A DNA stretch of 64,000 nt from an uncultured Planctomycetales bacterium (GTDB lineage Bacteria > Omnitrophota > Gorgyraeia > Zapsychrales > Fredricksoniimonadaceae), in assembly GCA_964643325.1 (NCBI GenBank), contig CAZXSE010000003.1:13960-77959 (forward strand), read 5' to 3'. The translations under genes and the position numbers were made by a program. Positions within the stretch are counted from its first letter, which is position 1. Every line of letters begins with the position of its first letter. Below are positions 1-8,803 of this stretch, piece after piece. The notes under the pieces were generated by a model. That model searched no databases. It was not told the origin of the DNA and saw nothing but the letters and a program-made list of their open reading frames with translations.

Positions 1-370
1 TGCGGTCATCCGCCGTCAGTTCCGGCCCCTCAACCATCTTGCCCTTGCCGTGGCCTTTGGCTTCCTTACGGATGATGAATGTTTTTACCGGCACCCCGTC
101 CAGAAAACTTACCGCGCCCACCGCGCCCACCATGGGGTCAGCCCCCAGCGTCGGACCGCCGATGGCCGTCGGACTCTTGTCCTTGACCAGATCACGGATC
201 AGCCGGCCGCACAAAAATGCCCCCTCGGCCGAGAGCGTGACAAGGCGCGCATCGAGATAGTAGCTGCTCTTTTTCCCCGACGAGAGCGTAAAATCCCCCT
301 TGAAAAAAGCCTGGGACTTGAGGATCTCAAACAGGCGCTTTCTGGCATCAGCCATCGATAAGTCGAACAT
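1..370 (-). CDS. pyrE: orotate phosphoribosyltransferase, partial (C-terminus beyond window start)
   Basis: Not in the ORF track because it is open at the window edge. Manual reverse-strand translation from ATG 370-368 gives MFDLSMADARKRLFEILKSQAFFKGDFTLSSGKKSSYYLDARLVTLSAEG...FIIRKEAKGHGKGKMVEGPELTADDR, in frame to position 1. This is a PyrE-like type I PRTase pattern. Confidence 0.85.
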   Translation of the reverse strand, partial: MFDLSMADARKRLFEILKSQAFFKGDFTLSSGKKSSYYLDARLVTLSAEGAFLCGRLIRDLVKDKSPTAIGGPTLGADPMVGAVGAVSFLDGVPVKTFIIRKEAKGHGKGKMVEGPELTADDR

Positions 371-388
371 GGACCAGACCTTTCTGTA

Positions 389-742
389 TCATTTGATCTC
401 CGCCGGGATCTCCATCTTCCGGCGCTGGGCTTCGAACAACAGCTGATAACGGAACTTAAGGAGGTCCTTGTAGCGCTTGTAAGCCTTGGGCGTAAAACCG
501 CTGGTCGCATGGAACGCCTTCATGCCTTCGATCTCAACGAGCGCGTCGATATAATTGTCCGCCACCTGCTGGTCATCCAGCGAGGCCATGTCCTTGGCGT
601 CAATGATCTGGAGTTCCTGGACCGGGTCGCCGGAAAACCCTTCGGGGCCGACCTTTTCCGACAGGCTCGGCTCAAGGGCTCCCGCTGACGCGCCGATCAA
701 TAAGCACGATGCCATCAAAAGACCGCATAATATCTTTCTCAT
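389..742 (-). CDS. small secreted protein of unknown function
   Basis: ORF 389..823 trimmed to the internal ATG at 742, which is preceded by a perfect SD (AAGGAGGTG). The N-terminus MRKILCGLLMASCLLIGASAGA looks like a signal peptide. Confidence 0.6.
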   Translation of the reverse strand: MRKILCGLLMASCLLIGASAGALEPSLSEKVGPEGFSGDPVQELQIIDAKDMASLDDQQVADNYIDALVEIEGMKAFHATSGFTPKAYKRYKDLLKFRYQLLFEAQRRKMEIPAEIK

Positions 743-763
743 AACACCTCCTTGTTGGGCGTC

Positions 764-792
764 ATTATTGCGGATTTTCCGGATGCTGTCAA
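764..792 (-). promoter_or_regulatory. sigma70-like promoter for the 389-742 gene (TTGACA-17-AATAAT)
   Basis: On the minus strand, TTGACA is at 792-787, the spacer is 17 nt and AATAAT is at 769-764. It sits about 20 nt upstream of the SD and ATG. Confidence 0.45.
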
Positions 793-816
793 TACAACAG
801 CGTCTTTGCGGGGATT

Positions 817-845
817 TTGACAACGCGATGCCGCAATGTTATCAT
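817..845 (+). promoter_or_regulatory. sigma70-like promoter for comF (TTGACA-17-TATCAT)
   Basis: TTGACA is at 817-822, the spacer is 17 nt and TATCAT is at 840-845. The comF ATG at 852 lies 6 nt after the -10 box, and no SD is present. Confidence 0.45.
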
Positions 846-851
846 CGCCTC

Positions 852-1607
852 ATGATCAAGGATATCTACAGGGGCCTGATCGACATCATCTTTCCGCGAA
901 ATTGCCTGCTGTGCCGGCATTATCATCCGGACACAGCCCATGACCCGTTATGCCCCTCGTGCCGTGACGCCCTTCCTTGGAACAAGCCGCCTTTTTGCGT
1001 GCGCTGCTCGCGCCATCTCGAAGCGCTGACCGAAGAAAGCCTCTGCCCGTCGTGCCGCGCCCATCCGCCGCATTTTGATGAGAGCTGGGCCCTGCTCAGA
1101 TACGAAGCCGGCGGCAGCGAACTCCTGCGGCGGTTCAAGTTCCGCGATAAAACATCCATCCGCCATACATTTGCCGCCCTCTTGAAAAACTTCATGGCGC
1201 GTTACACGCTGCAATTCCCGCAGGCGGCCATGATCATTCCCATGCCCCTGCATGCCGCGCGCTTGCGCGAACGCGGCTATGACCAGGCCGCACTCCTGGG
1301 CGCATGCGCCGCGTCGGTGCTTCATATCCCCTTAAGAACGGATATTCTGCGGCGCCAGCGGCACACCCGGCGCCAAAGCGGACTGCCCGCAAAAGACCGC
1401 TGGACAAACATCCAGGGCGCTTTTACAATAAACCCTGTTTTAACGGCAGATATCGTCGGGCGCGAGATCATCCTGGTGGACGATGTCCTGACCACGGGCG
1501 CGACAGCATCCGAAGCCGCAAAAACCCTCAAGGACGCAGGCGCGTCCAGGGTCATTGTCATCACGCTGGCCATTGCCTCATGCGCATCTTACGCAACTAC
1601 ATCCTGA
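852..1607 (+). CDS. comF: ComF family protein (amidophosphoribosyltransferase-like competence protein)
   Basis: ORF 555..1607 trimmed to MIKDIYRGLIDIIFPRNCLLC. It has N-terminal Cys-rich zinc-finger motifs (CLLC, CPSC, CVRC, CPSC) and a C-terminal PRTase motif ILVDDVLTTGAT. Confidence 0.8.
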   Translation: MIKDIYRGLIDIIFPRNCLLCRHYHPDTAHDPLCPSCRDALPWNKPPFCVRCSRHLEALTEESLCPSCRAHPPHFDESWALLRYEAGGSELLRRFKFRDKTSIRHTFAALLKNFMARYTLQFPQAAMIIPMPLHAARLRERGYDQAALLGACAASVLHIPLRTDILRRQRHTRRQSGLPAKDRWTNIQGAFTINPVLTADIVGREIILVDDVLTTGATASEAAKTLKDAGASRVIVITLAIASCASYATTS

Positions 1608-2677
1608 ACGAATGCTTCCTCCCTTTTGTCATGTCCCTGGGAGTGCTGACCTTTGTCTTTTTGCTGGGCTATCTGCCCCAGCTGGCCAACAAGGTGATCA
1701 ACCAGGGCGTGGACATCCTGTCCGTCACGCTGGCCTTCTTCTATAATATTCCCGTCCTTCTGGGTTACACGCTCCCCGTCGCGGCCCTCGCGACCGTGAT
1801 CCTGACCTTCAGCCGTTTTTCATCCGATAACGAGATCATTGCCATCCGCGCCAGCGGCATCTCGCTGCGCAGCCTTTTGGCCCCGCTCGTCGCGATCGGG
1901 ATCATCCTGTCGCTCGTCATGCTCATCTTGAACGATCGCGTCATCCCCAATGCCTACGAAGCGCAGCGCACCGTGCTGCAGACCTCCGGGGCCCGCAATC
2001 CGGCCGCGCTGCTTGAACCCGGCACCTTCATCGACGCTTTTAACGGGAACATCATTTTCATTTACCGGATCGAACACGGCAGGATGTACAGCGTCCGCAT
2101 CTGGCAACCCCAGCCCGACGGAAAACCGACCCGCATGATCTCCGCCCAGGAAGGCGAATTCACCCCCGTGCCCGGGCAGCAGAAAGTGCTCCTGAAGCTG
2201 ATCAACGGCACCTCCGACGAGCCGGACTTTGACAACCCCAATAATTTCTACAAGCTCAACTTCAAGACCTCGTTCATGACGCTTGATATGGCGCGCAAGG
2301 CGGGCAAGCTCGAAAAGAAACCCAAAGGCATGGGCCTCAAGGAGCTCGACCGCGAGATCCGGCGCCTGGAAAAGACAAAAGACGACATTTACCGCAACGC
2401 GCTCATCGCCGAATACCATCGCAAGCTGTCCTGGGCGCTATCGCCCTTGATCTTCATCCTGCTGGGATTCCCCATGGCCGTCATCACGCACCGCCGGCAG
2501 AAAAGCGCGAACCTTCTGATGGCGGTCATTTTCGCAGCGCCCTATTATCTGTTATCGGTCGGCTGCCAGGCCCTGGCTCAGCAGGCGTTCCTGCCGCCGG
2601 ACGTGCTCATGTGGCTGCCCAACATCATCGGCGGGGCCATTGTCCTGGTCCTGAACTACAAACTATGCGCATCCTAG
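1580..2677 (+). CDS. lptF: LPS export ABC permease, LptF/LptG (YjgP/YjgQ) family
   Basis: ORF 1304..2677 trimmed to MRILRNYILNECFLPFVMSLGVL. It is a multi-TM protein with a central periplasmic domain, followed by a paralogous gene. It overlaps the comF end by 28 nt. Confidence 0.8.
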   Translation: MRILRNYILNECFLPFVMSLGVLTFVFLLGYLPQLANKVINQGVDILSVTLAFFYNIPVLLGYTLPVAALATVILTFSRFSSDNEIIAIRASGISLRSLLAPLVAIGIILSLVMLILNDRVIPNAYEAQRTVLQTSGARNPAALLEPGTFIDAFNGNIIFIYRIEHGRMYSVRIWQPQPDGKPTRMISAQEGEFTPVPGQQKVLLKLINGTSDEPDFDNPNNFYKLNFKTSFMTLDMARKAGKLEKKPKGMGLKELDREIRRLEKTKDDIYRNALIAEYHRKLSWALSPLIFILLGFPMAVITHRRQKSANLLMAVIFAAPYYLLSVGCQALAQQAFLPPDVLMWLPNIIGGAIVLVLNYKLCAS

Positions 2678-3771
2678 ACCGTTATATCATCTGGGACGTG
2701 ATCAGGATCTTCCTCGCGGCGATCCTGTTGTTCACGTTCCTTTATATCCTCATCGACGCGGCGACGCACCTTGATGATTTTCTTTCCAATAAGGTCCCGG
2801 CGCAGGTCGTCCTGAACTATTACGCCTCGTTCTTTCCGGTCATCTTCGTGCAGACATCGCCCATCGCGTGCCTGCTGGCCGTTCTGTTCACCTACAGCGG
2901 GCTCAACAATAACAACGAGATCATCGCGCTTCGCGCCAGCGGGCTCGACTACGCCCGTATCACCCGCCCGGCCATCATCTTCGGGCTCATGGTCACGGCC
3001 CTGGTCTTTCTCGTCAACGAGCGCTTTGCCCCCCAGGCGGCCATGCTGGCCCAGGAGATCAAGAAGGGCAAGATCGAGGTCAGCGCCCAGACGCGCGCCG
3101 ACAAGCCGCAGCCCGTCAAATACCTGTTCTTCTACGGAACGAACAACCGGCTCTTTTTCATCGACGAGTTCGACCCTTCAACAAAAAGCATGACCGGCGT
3201 GACGATCATCACCCAGGACGATCAGCAACGCATGACGGAAAAGATAACATCCTTCAAGGCTGTATGGACCGGCCGGGACTGGCGGCTTTCCAACTGCCAG
3301 GTCGCCACCTACGCGCCCCAGGACCAAGCCCCCATCGCTGATGTGCAATTCTTCAAGGAAAAAGCCGTGGACTTGGGCGAAACGCCCGAGGACCTGCTCA
3401 AGCGCCGGCTCAATGTCACCTCCATGAACATCCGCCAGCTCAAGGCTTACATCAAACGCTTCAAGGCCAGCGGCGCCATTGCCGCGCTCAATAACCTTAA
3501 AGTGGATCTGCAGCAAAAGATCGCCTATCCTTTTGCCTGCATCGTCATCATCTTTGTGGGATTGCCGTTCGCGCTGGTGACCGGGCACCGCAAGGGGCTG
3601 ACCTTCGCTTCCGTCGGGATCGCGCTGGCCATCGGGTTCTTGTTCTACGTGGTCAATGCCGTGGGGCTGGCGCTCGGCAAAGGCGGGGTCCTGCCGCCAC
3701 CGGCGGCCGCGTGGCTGACACCGGTGCTTTTCATGGGCGCAGGGTTCTATCTGATCCGCAGGATGTTCTAG
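2665..3771 (+). CDS. lptG: LPS export ABC permease, LptF/LptG family
   Basis: ORF 2611..3771 trimmed to MRILDRYIIWDVIRIFLAAILLF. It has the YjgP/YjgQ architecture and overlaps lptF by 13 nt. Confidence 0.8.
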   Translation: MRILDRYIIWDVIRIFLAAILLFTFLYILIDAATHLDDFLSNKVPAQVVLNYYASFFPVIFVQTSPIACLLAVLFTYSGLNNNNEIIALRASGLDYARITRPAIIFGLMVTALVFLVNERFAPQAAMLAQEIKKGKIEVSAQTRADKPQPVKYLFFYGTNNRLFFIDEFDPSTKSMTGVTIITQDDQQRMTEKITSFKAVWTGRDWRLSNCQVATYAPQDQAPIADVQFFKEKAVDLGETPEDLLKRRLNVTSMNIRQLKAYIKRFKASGAIAALNNLKVDLQQKIAYPFACIVIIFVGLPFALVTGHRKGLTFASVGIALAIGFLFYVVNAVGLALGKGGVLPPPAAAWLTPVLFMGAGFYLIRRMF

Positions 3772-3773
3772 TG

Positions 3774-4499
3774 TTAACGGCCCTTGAAAAGGCCGCCGAT
3801 CGTATTGAGCAGCCGGCCCGCAACACCTTTGGCATCATCGGCCTTGAATGACAAAAGGTCATCCAGCCCCGTCGGAATAAGCGCCTGGAAAAATACCGCG
3901 GCTGCAAGTTCGTTCTGGCTCTTGATATCCCTGATCGTCCTCTCCTTCATGTTCATATCAAAGACCGTTACCTCAGGCTTGTCCTTGCCGGAAGTATAGT
4001 CCTCCATGATGACCTTGCCGATGCCCAGCACCAGCTCGTCGATCCGCATCTTGATCTCGGGGGCAGGGGCCGGCTTCGCCGAAGATGCCGCGCTCTTATC
4101 CGCATTCTTGGCGTTGTCCTTTTGCGCAAACTGCAGCGCGTTGACGTTCAGGAGCCCATCCCTGTTCTTAATGAGCCGGATCTCTTTCAGGATGAGGCGC
4201 ATGCGCGGTACATGCAATTCGCCCTTCATCAGCGCCGCACCGTCAAGCGTCACATCGATCTCGGGAATATCCGCCATGGGCGCGCCCGACGGAAAGCCTT
4301 TCGGATTATAAACTTTCATGCCGCGCACTGTTGCCGACTGACGCACAAATCCGACCGAGAACTTCTGCATGGTCACATTGACGCCCACCGCGGACTTCGC
4401 AGCCGCGATCACGGCTGTTTTGATAAGAAAATCCTTGGCGCAGACCAGGAACAAGGCCGCAGCGCAGCAACATCCAACGATCAACAGGAATTTCTTCAT
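3774..4499 (-). CDS. membrane-anchored hypothetical protein (tentatively AsmA-N/DUF748-like)
   Basis: ORF 3774..4712 trimmed to MKKFLLIVGCCCAAALFLVCA (N-terminal anchor). The start overlaps the alr stop (ATGA). The fold assignment is from pattern only, and the central linker is low-complexity (KSAASSAKPAPAPE). Confidence 0.6.
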   Translation of the reverse strand: MKKFLLIVGCCCAAALFLVCAKDFLIKTAVIAAAKSAVGVNVTMQKFSVGFVRQSATVRGMKVYNPKGFPSGAPMADIPEIDVTLDGAALMKGELHVPRMRLILKEIRLIKNRDGLLNVNALQFAQKDNAKNADKSAASSAKPAPAPEIKMRIDELVLGIGKVIMEDYTSGKDKPEVTVFDMNMKERTIRDIKSQNELAAAVFFQALIPTGLDDLLSFKADDAKGVAGRLLNTIGGLFKGR

Positions 4500-5659
4500 A
4501 CATACCTCCTTGATAAGCGACTGCCCAAATTGCAAACGATCTCGTAATTGATAGTACCCGCCCATTCGGCCAGCTGATCCGCCGTAATGCAAGCCTTCTT
4601 CTGACGGCCAAGCACAACAGCCTCGTCCCCGATCGCGACCTTGCCCGCGCAGGCGGCCAATGAAATATCCACAATGGTCTGGTCCATGGTGACCCTTCCC
4701 AGGACCGGACATTCCACCCCGTTGATCAGCACATGAGCCCGGTTCGAGAAAGCGCGCAGATACCCGTCGCTGTAACCGATGGACAGGACCGCGGCCGGAA
4801 TGTCATTGAGTGCTCTGAACGTATGCCCATAACTGACACCGGAACCGCGATGAATGGTCTTGACGAATAACACCTTCGCTTTCACGGCCATCGCGGGCTT
4901 AAGATCGATGATCTGGCGCATGCCTGACGCCGGATAAAGCCCGTAAAGCGTCACACCGGGCCGCGCCAGATTGAAGAAGCGGTTCTTGTACCCGGCCAGC
5001 CCCGTGCTGTTGGCGGCATGCAAGTAGGTGAACGCAATGCCATCCTCGATCAGGTCGGCGACCACATGAGAGAAATCCTGCATCTGCCGGGCCGTGAACG
5101 CTTCGTCTGTATCAGCGACGGGGAAATGCGTGAAGAGCCCTTCGATCTTCAGGTGCTTAAGAGCGGCGATCTGCCGGATAAAAGACGCGGCCTGTTTGTG
5201 CCAGACGCCAAGCCGACCCATCCCGGTATCGATCTTGACATGGACCATCACACGCTTACGGGCGCGCCCGGCCGCGGCATCAAGCTTGCGCGCAAAAGGC
5301 AATGTGCATACGGCCGGCGTCAGGTCATGCCTGACGATATACGGCACAAGTTCGGAAAGCGTACTTTCAAAAAGGACGATGCGATGCCTGCAGCCGCTTT
5401 GGCGCAGAGCGATCGCCTCCTGCACATTCGATACCGCGAAGAAACGGCCCCCTTCTTTGGCAATGGCCCGCGCCGCCTCCACCATGCCATGGCCATAAGA
5501 ATCCGCCTTGACCACGGAAAGGATATCGACATTGCAATTCGCGCGCGGGTCAAGCTGGCACCGGGCGAGTTTGCGGATCTCGCGGAAATTATGACGGATG
5601 GCCTTAAGATCGATCTCGGCCCAGGCCACAGGCTGCGGGAACGGGGTCTTTGCCGGCAT
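4496..5659 (-). CDS. alr: alanine racemase
   Basis: Has the PLP-lysine motif VVKADSYGHG and is 387 aa, typical Alr length and layout. Confidence 0.9.
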   Translation of the reverse strand: MPAKTPFPQPVAWAEIDLKAIRHNFREIRKLARCQLDPRANCNVDILSVVKADSYGHGMVEAARAIAKEGGRFFAVSNVQEAIALRQSGCRHRIVLFESTLSELVPYIVRHDLTPAVCTLPFARKLDAAAGRARKRVMVHVKIDTGMGRLGVWHKQAASFIRQIAALKHLKIEGLFTHFPVADTDEAFTARQMQDFSHVVADLIEDGIAFTYLHAANSTGLAGYKNRFFNLARPGVTLYGLYPASGMRQIIDLKPAMAVKAKVLFVKTIHRGSGVSYGHTFRALNDIPAAVLSIGYSDGYLRAFSNRAHVLINGVECPVLGRVTMDQTIVDISLAACAGKVAIGDEAVVLGRQKKACITADQLAEWAGTINYEIVCNLGSRLSRRYV

Positions 5660-6387
5660 CAGGCGTGCCCTTTCTTGGGCGCATCCTTATGGCCCGAGAC
5701 CTGGCAGTCCTCGGGATAAAGATAAAGCGGCGCCAGCGTGTCGATCTTATCAACCTCGCCCTTCAAAAGCCGCTGATAACCGATCCGGGCCAGCTCCTGC
5801 GCTTTGGGCAGCCAGTGTTTCTCAAGTTCAAAAACAGGCTTGAACTTGTCAGCCAGGACCATGATCCTCTCGCGATAGAGCGGGATGGCGTCACCGGTAA
5901 AAACAACCTCGCCTTCAAGCCCTTCCAGGACTTTCTCGACGGGCTCAAGCTGGTATTCCCGGTGGCGCACCAGCGCCCCGTTCTTCTTGTCGTAGAGTGA
6001 ACTATAGACCATGCCGCGACGCGCGTCATTGATGACGCACACCTGTACCGCGGCGGCCTTGCGCAGGCGCGACGGCCGGACATTCATGGCAATGGCATCA
6101 AGGCTGGAAACGCCCACAACGGGCTTGCCGGTCACCATCACGAACGCCTTGAGCATGGAAAGCCCCACGCGCAGACTGGTAAAAGAGCCGGGCCCGAGGC
6201 CCACCACGAACCCGTCAAGATCACCCAAACGGATATTGGCGTTCTTCAGGACCCTCTCGATATCAAAGGTAATGGTCATGGACAGGTCCTTGCGCGGACG
6301 GACATTGCGCGAGGCAATGGTCTTGTCTCCGTCGCTGACCGCGAGGCTCAGATGCTTGGTGGATGTATCGACCGCCAGGATCTTCAT
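5659..6387 (-). CDS. tsaB: tRNA t6A37 biosynthesis protein TsaB (YeaZ)
   Basis: N-terminus MKILAVDTSTKHLSLAV and GLGPGSFTSLRVG motif. It sits adjacent to tsaE. Confidence 0.85.
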   Translation of the reverse strand: MKILAVDTSTKHLSLAVSDGDKTIASRNVRPRKDLSMTITFDIERVLKNANIRLGDLDGFVVGLGPGSFTSLRVGLSMLKAFVMVTGKPVVGVSSLDAIAMNVRPSRLRKAAAVQVCVINDARRGMVYSSLYDKKNGALVRHREYQLEPVEKVLEGLEGEVVFTGDAIPLYRERIMVLADKFKPVFELEKHWLPKAQELARIGYQRLLKGEVDKIDTLAPLYLYPEDCQVSGHKDAPKKGHA

Positions 6388-6845
6388 ATCTTGAACTTCA
6401 GGGACCTTTCCTTGAATGCCGCGCCGCGGCCGCCGATGGCAATGGCCCGCTTGTCATCCCCCGCATGCTTTAATGTAACATGCCAATGGTCTTTCGGCAG
6501 TAAGTTTTCCAACCGTTCGGACCACTCGATGGCCGTGATGCCATTACCGTAAAAGAACTCCTCATACCCGATACCGAAAAGGTCCGCCGCGCAAATGCGA
6601 TAAAGATCAAAGTGGTACAGCGGCACCTTCCCTTCATAAACATTGAGCAGCGTGAACGTCGGGCTGTGAACGCGCGCCGGAGATATCTTCAACCCCGACG
6701 CCATGCCTTTGACGAACGCAGTCTTGCCACTGCCCAAGTCGCCGAACAGGCATACCGTATCGCCGCGCTTGAGGGTTTTGGCGAACTTCGCGCCCAGCGC
6801 CAGCGTCTCTTCATAAGAACGCGTGAGATATCGCCCGGTCTTCAT
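6384..6845 (-). CDS. tsaE: tRNA t6A37 biosynthesis ATPase TsaE (YjeE)
   Basis: P-loop GDLGSGKTAFVKG followed by SPTFTL..Y....LYHFDLYR, the typical YjeE pattern. Confidence 0.85.
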   Translation of the reverse strand: MKTGRYLTRSYEETLALGAKFAKTLKRGDTVCLFGDLGSGKTAFVKGMASGLKISPARVHSPTFTLLNVYEGKVPLYHFDLYRICAADLFGIGYEEFFYGNGITAIEWSERLENLLPKDHWHVTLKHAGDDKRAIAIGGRGAAFKERSLKFKI

Positions 6846-7753
6846 CAGAAATGCCGGAACCCTTTCAGATCGACCGGCGCCACATTACCGCCGGCATGCA
6901 CCATACGAAAACCCTCCCGCCGGGGACGGATCACGCCGATGGGATAAAACCGGAACTTTTCCGGCCCTTGATATTCCAGGAGCTTGCGCGCCCGTACCGA
7001 CGGCATGGTGAACAAAAGTTCGAAATCTTCGCCGTCGCATAAAGCCTGGGTGACATTAACACCCTGATGACACGGGATGAGCTTTTCTTCAATGAGCGCG
7101 CCTACGCAGCTGGCTTTGAGGATATGCCCCAGATCGCCCGCCAGCCCGTCGGAAAGATCCATCATGGACGATGGTTTGAAGTTGTTGACCAAAAAACGCG
7201 CCTCTTTAACGCGCGGCGCAAACTTCAAATGACGCCCCGACTTAAGCGAGCCGCCCAAAGGCCCCGACACAAAGATCCAGTCGCCCGTGCGCGCGCCCTG
7301 CCGGCGGATGAGCGAACGCTTCTCGACCTCGCCCAAGAGCGCCACATTCACCACGATCTTGTCAGACTTGACCGTATCCCCGCCGACAATGCTGATCCCG
7401 AAGATCCGGGCCAGGGCCCACATGCCGGCGTAAAGGTCCTTGACGTACCGCGCTTTGATATTGCCCGGCACGCCGAGCGAGACCACGGCGAACACGGGCT
7501 CGCCGCCCATGGCCGCCACATCGCTCACATTGCACGCGAGCGCTTTGTGCCCCACAAGGCGCGGCTTCATGCGGCGCGAGAAATGTACATCCTCCACCAG
7601 CATGTCCGTTGTAAAAAGCAGCAGCCGCCCGCCCTTAACCTTGAGCACGGCCGCGTCATCGCCAATGCCCTTGACCACACGCGGCAAAAGGTTCTGGAAC
7701 TTCTTTAAGGTCTCGATCAGGCCGAATTCACCAAGATGCGATAGCTTTGTCAT
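6845..7753 (-). CDS. thiL: thiamine-monophosphate kinase
   Basis: GEFGLIE, GIGDDAAVL and TTDMLVEDVHF motifs of the AIR-synthase-like ThiL family. Confidence 0.85.
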   Translation of the reverse strand: MTKLSHLGEFGLIETLKKFQNLLPRVVKGIGDDAAVLKVKGGRLLLFTTDMLVEDVHFSRRMKPRLVGHKALACNVSDVAAMGGEPVFAVVSLGVPGNIKARYVKDLYAGMWALARIFGISIVGGDTVKSDKIVVNVALLGEVEKRSLIRRQGARTGDWIFVSGPLGGSLKSGRHLKFAPRVKEARFLVNNFKPSSMMDLSDGLAGDLGHILKASCVGALIEEKLIPCHQGVNVTQALCDGEDFELLFTMPSVRARKLLEYQGPEKFRFYPIGVIRPRREGFRMVHAGGNVAPVDLKGFRHF

Positions 7754-8793
7754 GTGCGCTCACTCATACGCAGAATGTTCTTATAATACGGCGGACGTAT
7801 GATGCCATACTCAGTCACAATACCCGTGATCAATTCATGGTCCGTTACATCAAACGCGGGATTAAACACCTTCACACCCTTGGGTGCTGTCATCTTGCCT
7901 GCGAAAGACCGCACTTCATCCGCGTCGCGCTCCTCGATAGGAATATCCCACCCGGTCTTCGCCTTCAGGTCAAATGTCGTCTTGGGCGCGACCACATAGA
8001 ACGGGACCTTATGATGCTTTGCCAGAACAGCGAGCATATAAGTGCCGATCTTGTTGGCCGCATCCCCGTTGGCCGCAATGCGGTCAGCGCCCGTGAAAAT
8101 AATATCCACGCCCTTGTTCTTCATCACGCTCGCGGCCATGTTGTCGCAAATGAGCGTCACATCGATCCTGTTCTTTTGCAATTCCCACGCCGTCAGGCGC
8201 GCGCCCTGCAACAGCGGCCGCGTTTCAAGGGCATAGACTTTGAACTTCCTGCCGGCTTCTTTGGCCGCGTACATCACGCCAAGCGCCGTGCCATAATCCG
8301 CGGTCGCAAGGCCGCCCGCATTACACACGGTCATGACCGTCGCGCCGTCTCTTATAAGTTTCGCCCCGTGCTTGCCCATGGCCCGGCACACAGCCCGGTC
8401 CTCCTCGTAGATCGCCAGCGCCTCTGATGTCAGGACCTTCTTAAGCTGCGCGACAGAAAGACGCGGATTATTCTGTGCCAGAAGCCGCATCTGCGTAAGC
8501 GCGTGAAAAAGATTGACCGCCGTCGGACGCGACGCGGCGATATGATCACACACTTTGCCAATGTGACGGATGAGCGCGGCAGTATCCTTGCCCTTGAAGG
8601 ACTGCATTCCTAAAAGAACGCCAAAGGCCGCGGCAATGCCGAGCGCCGGCGCGCCGCGGACTTTCAATGTTCTAATGGCATACCAGAGCGTGTCCACATC
8701 CCGGCAATCCAGATAGACCAATTTTTCGGGAAGCAGGGTCTGGTCAATGATCCGCGCCGAACGGCCGGTCCATGAAATAGTGTCAACAGCCAT
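7750..8793 (-). CDS. mtnA: S-methyl-5-thioribose-1-phosphate isomerase (eIF-2B alpha/beta/delta family)
   Basis: IIDQTLLP...LKVRGAPALGIAAAFG N-terminal pattern and GADRIAANGD motif. Confidence 0.75.
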   Translation of the reverse strand: MAVDTISWTGRSARIIDQTLLPEKLVYLDCRDVDTLWYAIRTLKVRGAPALGIAAAFGVLLGMQSFKGKDTAALIRHIGKVCDHIAASRPTAVNLFHALTQMRLLAQNNPRLSVAQLKKVLTSEALAIYEEDRAVCRAMGKHGAKLIRDGATVMTVCNAGGLATADYGTALGVMYAAKEAGRKFKVYALETRPLLQGARLTAWELQKNRIDVTLICDNMAASVMKNKGVDIIFTGADRIAANGDAANKIGTYMLAVLAKHHKVPFYVVAPKTTFDLKAKTGWDIPIEERDADEVRSFAGKMTAPKGVKVFNPAFDVTDHELITGIVTEYGIIRPPYYKNILRMSERT

Positions 8794-8803
8794 AGCAGTT
8801 ACA

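Noticed and set aside
1304-1579. Long N-terminal extensions in ORF-track entries, such as lptF from 1304, lpxA to 32390, glmU to 44000, mlaF to 20452, the 3774 gene to 4712, rplI to 39379 and cutA to 49353.
   Set aside because: The extensions overlap upstream genes, are Arg/Gly/Pro-rich nonsense, and precede internal ATGs that match conserved family N-termini and mostly have SD sequences. Several ORF-track starts are GTG rendered as M.
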